This document shows, piece after piece, positions 60,901 through 64,000 of a stretch of 64,000 bases of DNA (the stretch's first letter is position 1; each line of letters starts with the position of its first letter). Position numbers and translations under genes: made by a program. Under the pieces are notes generated by a model. The model searched no databases and was not told the origin of the DNA. It worked only from the letters and a program-made list of their open reading frames with translations. Origin of the DNA: Klebsormidium nitens (taxonomy: Eukaryota > Plantae > Klebsormidiophyceae); NCBI GenBank assembly GCA_000708835.1, contig DF237390.1:1-64000 (forward strand), read 5' to 3'.

Positions 60901-62445
60901 GGGAGGTGATTGTTTCGGGGCGGAGGCCACAGGCTTTGAGCGTTTCGGGGATCGCTTCTGGCGTGTTGAGACTTTAGTTTGCTCAGGAAGCTCAGGCTTT
61001 GTCGAAGGCTCGTCATGATTGGGTGTACTTGTTGACGGTGGCTCCCATTCGATTTCGACAACGTGAGAGTCTGTAAGATGAGAGAAGTGGAAACATTATT
61101 AGTAGTTTGACCATTGCCGAATCCTTCCCAGCAGAATACAATGTGCAAGGGTTACTAAGACCTCCCCGCTTCTAGATGTATGTGTACAGGACTGCTAGAA
61201 GGCTCCATTGGCCCCAGGTCGCGGATGGCGTTTGACGAAGGAGGCTGCCTGTGCTTGAAAGTTAGGGTCTGCTTCGGCAAAGCACATGGCAGATGCAGTG
61301 TAAGTGCGAGACCTTGGCGCACCTTGGCTGCTGGGAACATGGAGCATCTGGTTGCTTCCTTCTTGCCAAATGACGCTGTCGCCAGTGCGCTTGCGTGCGT
61401 GGTCCAACAGAATGACCTTGTATTCCACAACCTGATCTGCAAACAAGCACAGACTTTCATAACCACTTCATTGAGTTAGCTCCACTGGATCCTCTATGCG
61501 ACGGTTTTGCACGGGACTGCAGATACTGAAAAGGCATTCAAACGTTCTGCAGTCTCGGCGCAGGTTTCAGATAGATTGAAAGATAATCGTGAAAATAGTT
61601 GGGGTACAACAGATAGTGCGCGTACCTGTTGGCAAGTTCAGTTCCGCTCGCCACCAGTGATCTTCGGTCCATTTCAGCATGGGAGCCCGGTTGATGTCCC
61701 AATTTCCCAGCTGTTCTGCGGAACCAACAACTTTCACCTCCTGCAGTCAGCAAGTGAGTTGCTCAAAGCAAGCAAGGCTGGTGAATGCGACGAAACAAGA
61801 ATAGGTGTTTTTCAAGCTCTTCGTAGCACCAACATCAACAAGCAATGCAACATCTTTTTGGTGCTGAAATGCATATTGAAGCCTAACATGCTGATGGATA
61901 ACCCACACGCTAGCATATAAGCTGCAACGCCTGACGAAAAGCCAAGTGATGGCAGGACACAGACTGGACCAAGACTCGGTCTGGAAGCTGACAACGATGA
62001 GACAATTGACACTTGCCTCGCCAAAATTTGTTGGTGTCCGCACATTGAAGCGAACGGCTGCCGCTCTACAACCTGGTTGATGGAGTGGCGGCACCGTGAC
62101 ACCTTCGTAATACTTTGTGTACAGTGGTGTACCCATCATCTGTCGGTTGAAGCAGTTTTTGGCAGACTCCGTCACGCCGTATTTCCACCGTGCTCCTGAT
62201 GGCAGTAGAGGCAAGCGATGGCTGCAGGTTTGCCAGACACAGTCTATTGGCGTGCAAACATGCAGAGATCTTGCAGATTGTCTACTATGAACTGTTGCCA
62301 AACTCTGTGCACGTTCTCTTAGAACAGCGTTTCTGCAGCAGGTCGAGAAAGAATCGGCGCTGCTTGGAGAAGGACTGTTGACAGCTACCCCAGCATGTTT
62401 TAGCGGCATCGTCTGCAGAGATGGCCAGACACCAGTGGCCTGCAT
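51905..62445 (-). CDS. CBM20 starch-binding domain + GH13 alpha-amylase-family enzyme (neopullulanase/cyclomaltodextrinase-like), probably plastid-targeted; ~18 exons
   Basis: CBM20: VRFNVRTPTNFGE|EVKVVGSAEQLGNWD...LKWTEDHWW, VEYK...WQEGSN. GH13: PSWFRESVVYHIQTLGFFG, HLEELGVNTVYFGPLFESSTHGYDTADY, IRVIVDGVFNHTG, GIDGWRLDVAHE (nucleophile), LGEIIHG (acid/base), FVGNHDVPRLAS, GVPCLYYGDE, LRRSSPALMYG. Stop at 51905. Confidence 0.9.
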
Positions 62446-63112
62446 CCTGCTGCCCTCTTAAAATTGCATCCGGTCAGTGGAAGCACTCGGTTCTTTTTCG
62501 TGAGTTTCGCTGTTCTGCAAACTTTCGAACCAAGGCACAAGCCAAGCGAGGTTTCTCCCCCTTCCAAATGTACTAACTAGATTTGATCAGGTTTTCTTGC
62601 TGCCAGTGCAGTAGGCAACGAGCTTCTCTACGACTCCGAGTTTTTTTGGAAGAAAATAAGCTCTCCTGCCACCATGCTGCCATTGCAATCCCACCTGTGC
62701 ATGCAGAGCATTGCGAAGGAAGCCATGGCCGGAATCTTTGAGAATCTGCCCAGCCAATAAGAAGGATAGAACTTGACACGTGGTTGCCCCCATCCTTCAT
62801 ACCGACGTCACGACGTGACTTTGCTGACGTAAGGGTTCACAACGCGCCTGTTCCCACCTTGCAAGGGCAGGCTGTGGAGAGGCAGCCTCCAGCCTGTGCC
62901 ATCATCCCGGTGTGTCCATCGTCGCATGTCACTCTTCTTTCCAACTTGAAGTTGAAGTTGAAGGCTGAAGCGCAGGATTTGTGCCACTGCAGAAGTCTGC
63001 AGGTGTGACTCTGCTCTGGACGCCATTGGCATTGGCATTGGCAGGAGGAGGCGAATTTGACTGGATCTGCTAAACCTGACATCCGGATCAGCTCCGTGGC
63101 GCAGCTTCGTGC
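62446..63112. promoter_or_regulatory. Putative bidirectional promoter region (CBM20-GH13 / CHI-fold)
   Basis: Divergent putative start codons at 62445 (-) and 63113 (+). Confidence 0.4.
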
Positions 63113-63485
63113 ATGATGGCGCAAGCAACATGTGCCTTCACGCAAAATGCAGTTGCAACGACGGCCCATGTTGCTCATGCTCAATGCAGACAGCACGTTG
63201 GACCTCAGAGATGTCTCCCTCTCTTCGTGCATTGCATTGGCTGCCAACACCACAATTCGGTCACGAAATCGTCCAATAGCTCAGCAATGTGGGGTGGAAA
63301 TGTGCACAAAGAAGAAGCGGGTCAGTCTAGAAGGCTGCATTGGCGGCAGGGCACTTCCAAACCTGGTGCAATTGTAGCGACTGCGGAAGCGGCTGTAGAG
63401 ACCAAGATGGAACCAGCAACTGGGGTCAAATTTGCAAAGCAGAGTGTGACTCCGGGAAGCGACGAGCTTGAGCTGCTCGGAGCAG
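63113..63485 (+). CDS. First exon of a chalcone-isomerase-fold (fatty-acid-binding FAP-like) protein with transit peptide; later exons not identified in the window
   Basis: Ala/Ser/Thr-rich leader, then KMEPATGVKFAKQSVTPGSDELELLGAG matching the CHI-fold N-terminal EPxTGVxF...LLGxG motif, then donor gtgagg at 63486. Confidence 0.65.
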
Positions 63486-64000
63486 GTGAGGCTGTGAGGG
63501 ATTTTATCCCAATTTTATGCCTTGCAGCATTGTAGATCCTGGAGTAGGAGGAGCTTGCTGAAATGCCTCTTCCAACTCTGGCTGGTTTGCTCCTGTTCCT
63601 GTCTTTTCAAAAATCACCATAACCTGCTCTGGTATACATATTATCTTGCAAATGTATTTCATGTTGGTGTGCCATCAACGGGGGCACTTCATGTACTCCT
63701 CAAGAAAGTTTCCTTCATCTTCTGGTTTGGAAGCACCTGTCACAGCGTCACATTGCAAAGTAATAACTCCGTGGGTCTTGTGCCATACGTGTAATGCCAG
63801 CATACTTCCTTCGCTCATGGAACCTAACTTCAATGTTGGTCGATCAAGATAGCTGAGTCAATTTTGAAGCAAAGCAGCAGGTGGGATCACTGCCACCAGT
63901 TATTCAGCCTTGGCAAAACCACTTCGGGAGTACCTAGGCCGGATTGCAGAGGTCAAGTTGCTCATGATGCAACAGGGTTGGCTTGGCAGTCAAATTGGTG

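Noticed and set aside
1-64000. Transposase, reverse transcriptase, rRNA or tRNA genes
   Set aside because: No recognisable motifs in the ORF track or by reading the sequence. Small structured RNAs cannot be excluded without covariance-model searches.

Overview
Eukaryotic nuclear DNA from an intron-rich genome with short intergenic spacers, mostly GT-AG introns with CTAAC/CTGAC-type branch points. Gene content and organelle transit peptides point to a green alga, most like the streptophyte Klebsormidium (inference, not searched). I reconstructed genes by hand from splice sites and reading frames: an FCP1/NIF-type HAD-domain protein with a GW/WG-rich tail (-), an unresolved + gene near 6.4-8.5 kb, a YacP/NYN RNase-like protein (-), a PPC-domain + LRR receptor-like protein (-), an ECHS1-type enoyl-CoA hydratase (-), an MGST3-like MAPEG protein with a transit-like leader (+), an atypical DYRK-like CMGC kinase (+), a DUF676 hydrolase (-), an intronless F-box/LRR protein (+), a CBM20-GH13 amylase-family enzyme (-) and the first exon of a chalcone-isomerase-fold protein (+). 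No rRNA, tRNA, CRISPR or transposase was recognised. The main unexplained signal: in 5 genes and at least 9 introns, the intron 3' part carries truncated, degenerate 'ghost' copies of the intron end, the AG acceptor and the first ~30-120 nt of the next exon. There are up to ~8 per intron, the functional copy is always the last, and several ghosts differ from the live exon mainly at synonymous positions.
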